Source of the DNA: Hormiphora californensis
Taxonomy: Eukaryota; Animalia; Ctenophora
Length of the DNA stretch: 12,372 nt
Assembly (NCBI GenBank): GCA_020137815.1
Contig: WFME01000031.1
Span: 1-12,372, forward strand
Direction: 5' to 3'
Part shown: piece by piece, positions 1 to 8,284 of the stretch
Layout: every line of letters begins with the position of its first letter
How positions within the stretch are numbered: position 1 is the first letter of the stretch
Notes under the pieces: model-generated
Database searches by the model: none
What the model was told of the DNA's origin: nothing
Seen by the model: the letters and a program-made list of their open reading frames with translations, nothing else
Translations under genes and position numbers: made by a program

Positions 1-199
1 ACTTAGAAGAAGAGCCCCACACAAAGAAGAAAAGAGGAAATGAGGGAAAATGATAAGGAAAAGAAAAGGAGGGGAAAAAAACAAAAAAGAAGAAGCGAAA
101 TGAAACAAAAGAAAAAAGGTAAAGGAAAGAGGAGGATATCATACCCAACAGGAGCAGCGAACCTGCAAAGCAGTATCGGGGGAGTAGTTTTGCTACTAC

Positions 200-256
<57 letters not shown>

Positions 257-387
257 GCTGTCTGTCTGTCTGCCTGTCTGTCTGTCTGACCTGTGTTGAC
301 TGTCTGTGTCTTCTGACTGTCTGTCTATCTGTCTGTCTGACTGTCTGACTGTCTGTATATCTGTCCGTTTGTCTGTCTGTCTGTCTG

Positions 388-449
<62 letters not shown>

Positions 450-474
450 GTCTATCTGTCTGTCTGTCTGTCTG
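200..474. repeat. (TGTC)n tetranucleotide microsatellite, imperfect
   Basis: Directly visible TGTC tandem array with interruptions; explains the spurious LSVC-repeat ORFs. Confidence 0.97.
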
Positions 475-477
475 TAT

Positions 478-508
478 TTCTCTCTTTCTTTCTCTGTACC
501 CCTTTCAT

Positions 509-562
<54 letters not shown>

Positions 563-593
563 CCTCTCTCTCTCTCCTCTCTCTCTCTCTCTA

Positions 594-638
<45 letters not shown>
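478..638. repeat. (CT)n microsatellite / polypyrimidine tract
   Basis: Long CT dinucleotide run just upstream of the acceptor TTTTCCTCAG (ends 683). Confidence 0.96.
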
Positions 639-683
639 ATTCCTCCCACCTCCATACCAAATTCACTTTTTTCTTTTCCTCAG

Positions 684-839
684 CATTCATGAAAGAGATG
701 CTTCGCCGTTATGGAGGGATGACAGTCTTTCTAGACGCCACACACAAGGTGACCCGGTATAGTGACGTTGCCCTTGTAATCTTGGCCGTACACACCAATG
801 CTAAATTCCAGGTAATCTTTAACATCATTGAAGAGAGAT

Positions 840-933
<94 letters not shown>

Positions 934-3225
934 TGAGAGACAGTGAGAGAGATTAGTAGATTAGTTGTTAATGATTATGTTTTAATTTCTTTTCAGCCGG
1001 TTGGGATGATGTTATGCAAAGATGAGAGGGCAGTCACACTTGCAGCGTTTCTAAGCGAGCTAAAAGCAGAAACACCTTTTGAGCCCCGTTACTTTATGGT
1101 CGATAACTGCGGCGCGGAAATCAACGGAATTTTGGAAGTATTCCCTTCAACCAAAATACTTTTATGTATCTTCCATGTGATCCAGGTGAATATTTCTGTC
1201 TAAGATAAAACTTTCTTGGATTAGTCATGAGTTGTCAAAACGACCCCTCCCCCTGATGTTTACTTAGTAGTTTGATTTAGTACAACCTATTCTTTCTATA
1301 GGCCTGGCTACGGTGGGCAAAACCAAAGAGATTGTCAAAAGAGGATATTGGGCTGACAGTGCATCAGTTGGCGGTTGGTATTCTCTATGCTAAGACAACT
1401 GTGTGGGCGGCCAACGCCGAGACTCTCTTGTTGGAACAGGGCCATGCCCAGTTTGTTGACTATTACAGAGCAAACTACGAAAACATCAAGGAGGTGAGAA
1501 ATCTTGGCAGTTACAAAATAAAACTTTTCGGTTTAGATCAATAAAATGTGTAATCGGGGGTGTCTTAGAGCAATTAAAGTGAGAGTGGACAGAATCAGAA
1601 TTGGGCAAGTTTGTTGGAGGTTTTAGAGATTAGTTCTATATGCCGCTCAAAATCTACCCATCCATCACTGACATATTTTTGTTACTCTCGGGGAATTCCT
1701 GTTTAATCAGTATGTATAAAAACAGAATAGGAATAATCGTCGTGTTTTACTAACACATTCTAAATATAAGCAGTGATGTTGACATGTACATGCTCAGAAG
1801 CAGAACAATGCAACTCAGTATATTAGGATTGTTTCTATCCTGTTTGATAAATATTGATCCAGCAGGAATTCCCCGAGAGTAACAAAACTATCTCAGTGAT
1901 GGGTGGGTAGATTTTGAGCGGCAAAAAGGCAAAATGCTCATATAGAACTAATCTCTACTACCTCCAACAAACTTGTCCAATTCTGATTCTGTCCACTCCC
2001 ACTTTAATGTACATTTTCATTTTCAGAGATGGGCCATAAGCTACCGGGAAAACCGGGTCGACTTCTCCAACACTAACAACGGGGTGGAAAGACTGAACCG
2101 GTCCGTAAAAGAAGCGTTAGGCGGGAAGGGGAAGACGTACATGATGTTTAACACGCTCCAGGTAAATAACCATACCGGTCGGCCCGCCCTCCGGTTCGGA
2201 GAGGGCATTCTTTTGCGAGACAATGATATGTGTAATAGATATGTTGTCAGAATCATATACATATGATATATGTAGATAGATAATATTACCTCACTAGATT
2301 TTAACCTTTACCCGTTTTAGGTATTTTTTGTGTTCTTTGATAAATTAGAGAGATCGCATCGAGAGGAACAGAAAACCATGGCAGAGAAGTTGAAGGTCCC
2401 CGGCCCCAATGTTCCCCCATTTCTCAAAGAGTCCCCGCCAGTTCTGTGGCAACGATACATATCCGAGATGGCGAAATTCCGAAAAAGCAGTAAGTTGATA
2501 TTATGTTTTTAGAATATAAGGAACTATCATTACTATTTGTCCTTATCATGCGGCTCATAAACAATTATTCGTTACTTATTCTGTTGAACATTGCGAAGCT
2601 AGACTGCCTTTCGCGAGCACCGCACTTCCTTTACAAATGTAAAGGGAGGGTTAGAACATATAACAAGTTGAACAATGAACGCTAATAATATCGCCTTACT
2701 TTAAATTTGTTTCAGGTGTACCGGCAACAATCACCAAGCTGAGATCGGAATTTTTTGCTGTCGACCATGGAAGGAGGTATGTGGTGAACCTGCTCCATCC
2801 ATCATGTACATGCAGAGCGTTTGCCATGACGCACTTCCCCTGCCGGCACATGTTCTATCTGATGATCAAGGGGAGCTTTACGTGGGATGAGCTACCAGAG
2901 GACTTCCGAAAGGTGCCATTCTTCACAAAAGAGGTCCAGGCAGACACAGGAACACCAAGCTGGCCTCAGCTACCTCTTCCTGACTACGATGAGGTGGACC
3001 AGTCGGACGCAGGTGCCTACTCCGATGGACATTACTGAGGCACCAGCTGCAGCAGTTTCTCTGCGTCCAATTGACAAGCTATCGGACTTGAAGGCGACAA
3101 CAAACGCCATAACAGCAGCCTTGCTCGAGCCATCAGCCATTACTATGTCGGAGGAGGACAGGCTAGCCCTAGAAGAACGATTAAACCAATTTAAAGTTGA
3201 CCTGTATAAAGCCATTAATAAATGA
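684..3225 (+). CDS. Spliced Mutator-like (MULE) DDE transposase with C-terminal SWIM zinc finger; 5' part not located; apparent frameshift near the C-terminus
   Basis: Exons 684-811, 997-1185, 1302-1493, 2027-2161, 2321-2489 and 2716-3038/3225 join in frame across GT-AG introns. Motifs: VFLDATHK (D1), YFMVD (D2), LLCIFHVIQAW (CxxH), NTNNGVERLN (E), SWIM CTC-x7-CRH. The SWIM frame stops at 3038, while a helical-looking tail continues in another frame to 3225. Confidence 0.88.
832..951. repeat. (GA)n microsatellite in MULE intron 812-996
   Basis: Long GA dinucleotide run with a few GACA units. Confidence 0.97.
1578..2003. mobile_element. Non-autonomous TIR element (MITE) with TTAA flanks, Kolobok-like termini (AG...CT), inside MULE intron 1494-2026
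   Basis: TTAA at 1574-1577 and 2004-2007. Imperfect inverted arms of ~150 bp: AGTGAGAGTGGACAGAATCAGAATTGG... versus ...CCAATTCTGATTCTGTCCACTCCCACT. No ORF. Confidence 0.85.
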
Positions 3226-3324
3226 ATTTGTATCATAGTTTCTATATTTTTAATCAATTTCTTGTTTCCATGCATCCGGTCAGTATTAGCAGCAGTTATA
3301 CTGTGTCAGTACTGGGTATACTCT

Positions 3325-3464
3325 ATTTTTTTTCAACTGTTCACCCCCCAAAGTCGTGCGCGGAATTGTTTTGCGCGTCTATCACATGTTAACGTGTGGC
3401 GCGCGCAGCGTAAATTAAAATATCGCACACGCACGAGTTGGAGGGTGAACAGTTGAATAAAAAT
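3325..3464. repeat. ~140-bp inverted-repeat element (small MITE-like hairpin)
   Basis: TTCAACTGTTCACCCCCCAAAGTCGTGCG pairs with CGCACGAGTTGGAGGGTGAACAGTTGAA. Confidence 0.7.
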
Positions 3465-3470
3465 GGACTT

Positions 3471-3628
3471 TAAGTGGTAAAGGTTATGACTTGACGCATG
3501 TGTGTATAACTGAGTACATTGTACTCAACTAAACGTCGCGCGCGAGACATCGGTCAACTGACCACGGAGAACCTCGCGCGCTGTCGCACGTACCGTCTCT
3601 CAGGAGACGGGTCAACCTTTACCGCTTA
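3471..3628. mobile_element. ~160-bp MITE-like element with 15-bp TIR (TA flanks possible) and internal hairpins
   Basis: TAAGTGGTAAAGGTT (3471-3485) versus AACCTTTACCGCTTA (3614-3628), 1 mismatch. Internal palindromes TGAGTACA-T-TGTACTCA, GGTCAACTGACC and CCGTCTC-TCAG-GAGACGG. Confidence 0.6.
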
Positions 3629-4588
3629 CCTAAGATTGAGGTCGCCTATTATTGTAAGGGAATTATATCGCTTCGAGAGAACTTTATAATACGTTTCAGC
3701 TTGACTGTTGGATTCACAGTCGGAATAGTCGTATCTGTAATAGGTCGAGATGCATAACTTAGGTCCTTTCTTAGGCTTAACTAGAATACTAACTATTGGT
3801 AGGTCAGTTTGCTCCATAATAGCAGAGTACTGTATATCACTATGGTTTTTACATAATATCATTACTCCACCGCCCCCTTTTTTACCATACTTATTTTTGT
3901 CGATTTCACTTCTATCTTTTCTAAATATGGTGTAGAGAGAGTCCGATATAATTTCATTATTGCCTACATAGGAGTTGAGCCAGGTTTCATTTACTATAAC
4001 TATGTCAGGTTCATGTGTGTACAAGTATGCCTGGAGATCAAGGAGTTTTTTAGTTTGGAAAATAGGGCAGTCGCCACCAATGCTATTCATATGTATGAGG
4101 CCCTGTGCATTACAATATACTATTTTAATTCTATCGGGGCCAGGGTTTTTAATACCTGGGTTACATTGAACGAGGAGAAGGAGAGCAAGACCAGCAATAA
4201 AATAGAGACCACGGTTGTTGACTAATGTATTTTTAGGATAGATAGAGGCAATGTATGTTATTAATAGGTTTTTAGGGAAGAGCGTACTTAGTATTTGGGA
4301 GGACAGATTTAATGACGGGGAGGATGAAGCAGAGATTGAATAAGACTGTAGGTGGTAAACAACCAGAGAGTTTAATAGGATACAGAGAGATAGTGCTGTT
4401 AGAAAGATTATAGTTTTTAGACATGAACGAGTGGTTTGTGGGGGGTGTGGTTGTGGATCATCCGTGCGGCTACTCATTTCCTCAATAGAGTGAGGAAATG
4501 GTTGAGTTCGGTGCTTCTTCGAGAGAGAGTGTACTTTGATAGATTGAAAGCATCCGACTCTGAATCTAAAGAGCTGTAGATCGATCAT
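3626..4588 (-). pseudogene. LINE ORF2 N-terminus: hydrophobic leader, NPGP, AP endonuclease (EEP) domain, cut off right after GDLN
   Basis: APE motifs YCNAQGL, PDIVIVNETWL, FRKDR...GGGV, IIGDLN. The stop codon is supplied by the adjacent inverted-repeat element. Confidence 0.88.
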
Positions 4589-5061
4589 TATCGATTTTAA
4601 GTAAGCTTAACTAAACTTGTCGGTATGACTGGGGAGATTTCACTAGACTCCCTATTGAACTATAATATGCGGATTAAGAACTAGCTGGCTCTATTATACG
4701 GACTCAAAAGATACTTAAAAATATTGACTAAATGCCTCTTTCCAAGAGCACTGGGGTGGAGCATACCTCGTCCAAACAATGAACGATTAACACAGCACCC
4801 ACAGTGCTCCAAGAAATCGTCAAAGCACTCAAGCCAGCCAACACCCATTTCACCATTACTCCCGAAATAGTCATCAATGACTCCCCTCATTGTTTGGTTA
4901 AATCTGATAATACGGGGGGCTAACTCAGGACGGTCCAGTCTCGGTAGAACGCTTAGACAGTTTATTGTTGCACGCGGAAAACGGTAACTAAGTAAATCAA
5001 TGAGACCCAAATACATATGACATATATCTAAGATGCCATTAGGAGAAGCAATGTCATTGGT
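3629..5061 (-). mobile_element. CR1/L2-group non-LTR retrotransposon fragment (ORF1 C-terminus + ORF2 N-terminus), truncated at both ends
   Basis: Tandem ORF1 (SGNH esterase) and ORF2 (AP endonuclease) on the same strand with a ~90-bp spacer; no reverse transcriptase in the window. Confidence 0.85.
4681..5061 (-). pseudogene. LINE ORF1 remnant, SGNH/GDSL esterase-like domain
   Basis: The frame extends upstream of the ATG at 5016 to TND (block III GxND-like, 5053-5061), followed by SVLPR, IIRFN and a block V-like GMLHPS (Asp of DxxH absent). Confidence 0.75.
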
Positions 5062-5113
5062 TGCCTGCTACCGTAGCAGGTATAAGCTACGGTAACCTGC
5101 GTAACGCAGGCAA
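5061..5113. repeat. Compound palindrome (two hairpins inside an 8-bp inverted repeat) at the LINE breakpoint
   Basis: TTGCCTGC...GCAGGCAA enclosing CCTGCTAC-C-GTAGCAGG and CCTGCGT-A-ACGCAGG. Confidence 0.65.
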
Positions 5114-5218
5114 TACATAGAGTCTCTGTATCTCTCTATCTGAATCTCCATCTCTTTTCATCTATATACAACTTGTTGTTACTCAACAATATACAACAGC
5201 AGCAGCACCGTGCTTGTA

Positions 5219-5262
5219 GTGAGACTTTTACACTACGCTACGTGAGACTTTTACACTACGCT
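5219..5262. repeat. 21-bp direct duplication GTGAGACTTTTACACTACGCT x2
   Basis: Exact copies at 5219-5239 and 5242-5262, upstream of the crystallin gene. Confidence 0.9.
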
Positions 5263-5325
5263 CAACTGGAACATCCGGGTTTGGGGGTTTATTATTATTT
5301 ATTATTTGGGGGTGGGAGGATGCAG

Positions 5326-5332
5326 TATAAAT
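5326..5332 (+). promoter_or_regulatory. Candidate TATA box of the crystallin gene
   Basis: TATAAAT preceded by a G-rich tract, ~185 bp upstream of ATG 5511. Confidence 0.4.
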
Positions 5333-5433
5333 CTATGCAACTTTTACTTAGGTCAACAGCTGACTTTGTTTAGTGACGATCTAGTCTGGTATTTGTTGTT
5401 CTGCAATGTCTTGACCTCATTCAATTCAGTGTA

Positions 5434-5472
5434 ACCCAATTTGTGTTACCCAATTTGTGTTACCCAATATGT
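5434..5472. repeat. 14-bp tandem repeat ACCCAATTTGTGTT, ~2.8 copies
   Basis: Directly visible. Confidence 0.85.
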
Positions 5473-5510
5473 ATGTACATAACTCATAACATAATACTAT
5501 AGATCCCAGA

Positions 5511-5807
5511 ATGAAGGTATTCCTTGTTGCCCTGATCGCCCTCGTGGCCATGGCCACTGCCCGCCCCCATCTGGCCCTCTTCGAGCACGAACACTTCAGA
5601 GGTGGCCGCCACAACATCCATGGATCTCAGCCATGGGTTGGAGGATTCAACGATAAGGCTTCCAGTTGGCACGCACATCGCGGTAACTGGGATTGCTTTG
5701 AGCATGGTCATTTCAGAGGCCGACGCCTGAGAATGCCCCAGGGTTCCCGCAGGCCCGGCATGCCCGGTGGCTGGAACGACGTTATCTCCTCTTGCCGTCC
5801 CTTCTAA
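5511..5807 (+). CDS. Secreted single-domain betagamma-crystallin family protein (98 aa)
   Basis: Signal peptide MKVFLVALIALVAMATA; two FEHxHFRG hairpin signatures, each followed by an NDxxSS motif (NDKASS, NDVISS); GC-rich uninterrupted ORF with many C-ending codons. Confidence 0.9.
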   Translation: MKVFLVALIALVAMATARPHLALFEHEHFRGGRHNIHGSQPWVGGFNDKASSWHAHRGNWDCFEHGHFRGRRLRMPQGSRRPGMPGGWNDVISSCRPF

Positions 5808-5938
5808 ATTTCATATTGTGAAAATGTGAATTTTATCAGCGAATTTGAGTTAACTTAGCTGTTTAATTGTTTTCCGTTTGGAGGGGGATAGCATACCAAC
5901 TTGGCGACCAAGTAGTACTGGTATAGATCATCACTTAA

Positions 5939-8163
5939 CCCTTTGACGGCGACAGAGCATATATGCTACAGTCTATTCTAGGCGGCCTGGAAGTCCTTAT
6001 GTTTTATCTAGGTGGCCCGTATTTTGTCATAAGCTAGTTTTAGGGATTATGAACCTAAAACCACGTCCAGATCAGCTCAGAAAATCAAGAAAAAATTTTT
6101 ATAGCCCTTCTAAGGAGGCTAATTTCGGCTTTTTTTAAAAAACATTTCTCATTTTTTTTGTTTTTTGGGGGCACAACTAATCCTTTGAGGGAATAAAAGT
6201 GCTCGACATAACCGACCGAATGCAAAAAGCCGCATCAAAAAATATTGAAAATTGAATGAGTTATTAACATTTAAGGCGCCGTATCATATATGATACTATC
6301 GCCCGTAAGGGAATTCTAGTAACAAATCTAAATTGTACAAGTTTGTGGATGCTATGGCATAAATTTATGCTTTCATGTGATATGTAGCTACAAGTTCTAC
6401 AATCGTGAACGGTTTTTACCAGGAAAAGAACCCAAATTAGAGATTTGTATCATATATGATACTATCGTCCTAAGGGTAAATTATCCTAAAACATACATAA
6501 TTCGGGCTAGAAAAGGAGCTAAGAAACAAATCAGGGCACTAAAATGTGTAGAATCATCGCATTTGTGGTGGTAGAGCACATATTTAGGTCGCTATCTGGA
6601 TCCCTAATTGAGATAATTGGATAATTAGCTAATTATCTGTCCCGCGTGTGCTAATTATTCATGAAAATTTGCTCTGGGAAGGAGTTTTGAGACAAATGGG
6701 GGCACTAAAATGTGTAGAATCATCAAATTAGTGGGGGTAGAGCACATATTTAGGTCGCTATCTGGATCCATAATTGAGATAATTGGATAATTAGCTAATT
6801 AGTTGCCTTGGAGCGCTAATAAAAGAGACTAGGCGGAGTATACAAGACAAGTGAGGGCACTAAAATGTGTAAAATCATCGCCTTAGCGGGGGTAGAGCAC
6901 TTAGCTGAGTTTCTATTCCCACTCCTAAATGAGATAATTGGATAATTAGCTAATTGACGGTTGCACACCGTCCACTTTTCACCAAATCCCTTGGTTTCTA
7001 AGTAATCCTGAGCTCTTTTGCTCAATCTAAGGATCTTTGACTCGTTTTACACAATAGTATAGCACTCGATACAACCCTAGACACTGCCTTCAGCTCTTTA
7101 GAACCCTCTTGCTCCATTCTAGACCTCTCATACATCCAAGATCCAACTACAATCCTATAAAATTTTTATATCCTATTGCTTCTACAACACGTTCAACCTC
7201 TAATGTACTACAGTTTCCCATATTTATTGTTTGGACACACGGTTATAGGGGTTTATGGATATTAGGGGATGTCAGAAGATCCTTAAATTGAGCAAAAGAG
7301 CTCAGGATTACCTAGAAACCACGGGATTTGGTGAAAAGTGGACGGTGTGCAACCGTCAATTAGCTAATTATCCAATTATCTCATTTAGGAGTTGGAATAG
7401 AAACTCAGCTATGTGCTCTACCTCCACTAAGGCGATGATTTTACACATTTTAGTGCCCCTACTTGTCTTTGATACTCCGCAAAGTCTCATTTATTAGCGC
7501 TCCAGGGCAACTAATTAGCTAATTATCCAATTATCTCAATTATGGATCCAGATAGCGACCTAAATATGTGCTCTACCCCCACTAATTTGATGATTCTACA
7601 CATTTTAGTGCCCCCATTTGTCTCATAACTCCTTCCCAGAGCAAAGTTTCATGAATAATTAGCACACACGGGACAGATAATTAGCTAATTATCCAATTAT
7701 CTCAATTAGGGATCCAGATAGCGACCTAAATATGTGCTCTACCCCCACTAATGCGATGATTCTACACATTTTAGTGCCCCCATTTGTCTCTTAGCTCCTT
7801 TTCTAGCCCGAATTATGTATGTTTTAGGATAATTTACCCTTAGGACGATATGTATCATATATGATACAAATCTCTAATTTGGGTTCTTTTCCTGGTAAAA
7901 ACCGTTCACGATTGTAGAACTTGTAGCTACAAACCTCATGAAAGCATGAATTTATGCCATAACACCCACAAACTTGTACAATTTAGATTTGTTACTAGAA
8001 TTCCCTTACGGACGATAGTATCATATATGCTACAGCGGGCCCAGCAAAAACTACATGTCGGAATTACAAATTTCCTTTTCGAGGCGTTTTGTGTTGATAA
8101 TATCTACTTATAAACGAAAAATTAGAAAATTCTATCGAGCCAATCGTTCTCGCCGTCAAAGGG
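5939..8163. mobile_element. Non-autonomous piggyBac-like foldback element, 2225 bp
   Basis: TTAA (5935-5938) followed by a perfect 14-bp TIR CCCTTTGACGGCGA / TCGCCGTCAAAGGG (8150-8163); no transposase; right-hand TTAA disrupted. Confidence 0.82.
6281..8033. repeat. Long internal inverted repeat: arms 6281-7041 and 7271-8033, ~230-bp spacer, each arm with three ~100-bp subrepeats
   Basis: The arms are near reverse complements, giving the mirror ORFs 6816-7025(-) and 7255-7497(+). Subrepeats GGGCACTAAAATGTGT...GATAATTAGCTAATT start at 6534, 6700 and 6855. Confidence 0.95.
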
Positions 8164-8164
8164 T

Positions 8165-8284
8165 GTAGATAGTGGAGACGGATATGGAGATGTAGACGTA
8201 GATGTAAATGTAGATGTAGATGTAGATGGAGATGGAGATGGAGATGGAGATGGAGATGGAGATGGAGATGTAGATGGAGATGTA
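8165..8284. repeat. (GATGGA/GATGTA)n hexanucleotide microsatellite
   Basis: Directly visible. Confidence 0.93.

Noticed and set aside
40-762. ORFs of 67-128 aa with LSVC, LS or RE repeats
   Set aside because: Translations of microsatellites; the real coding frame in 684-811 is a different one (FMKEMLRRYGG...LDATHK).
5389-5501. Possible 5'UTR intron or trans-splice acceptor (CTATAG at 5496-5501) before the crystallin ATG
   Set aside because: Plausible, but cannot be supported without transcript data.
5426-5711. Minus-strand ORFs overlapping the crystallin gene
   Set aside because: Antisense shadows of a GC-rich CDS.
6534-6955. Repeat-spacer-like array resembling CRISPR
   Set aside because: The repeats are ~100 bp, only three per arm, in eukaryotic transposon context, with no cas genes.
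6377-7497. Short ORFs in the foldback element, including the mirror pair 6816-7025(-) and 7255-7497(+)
   Set aside because: By-products of the inverted repeat; no recognisable domain.
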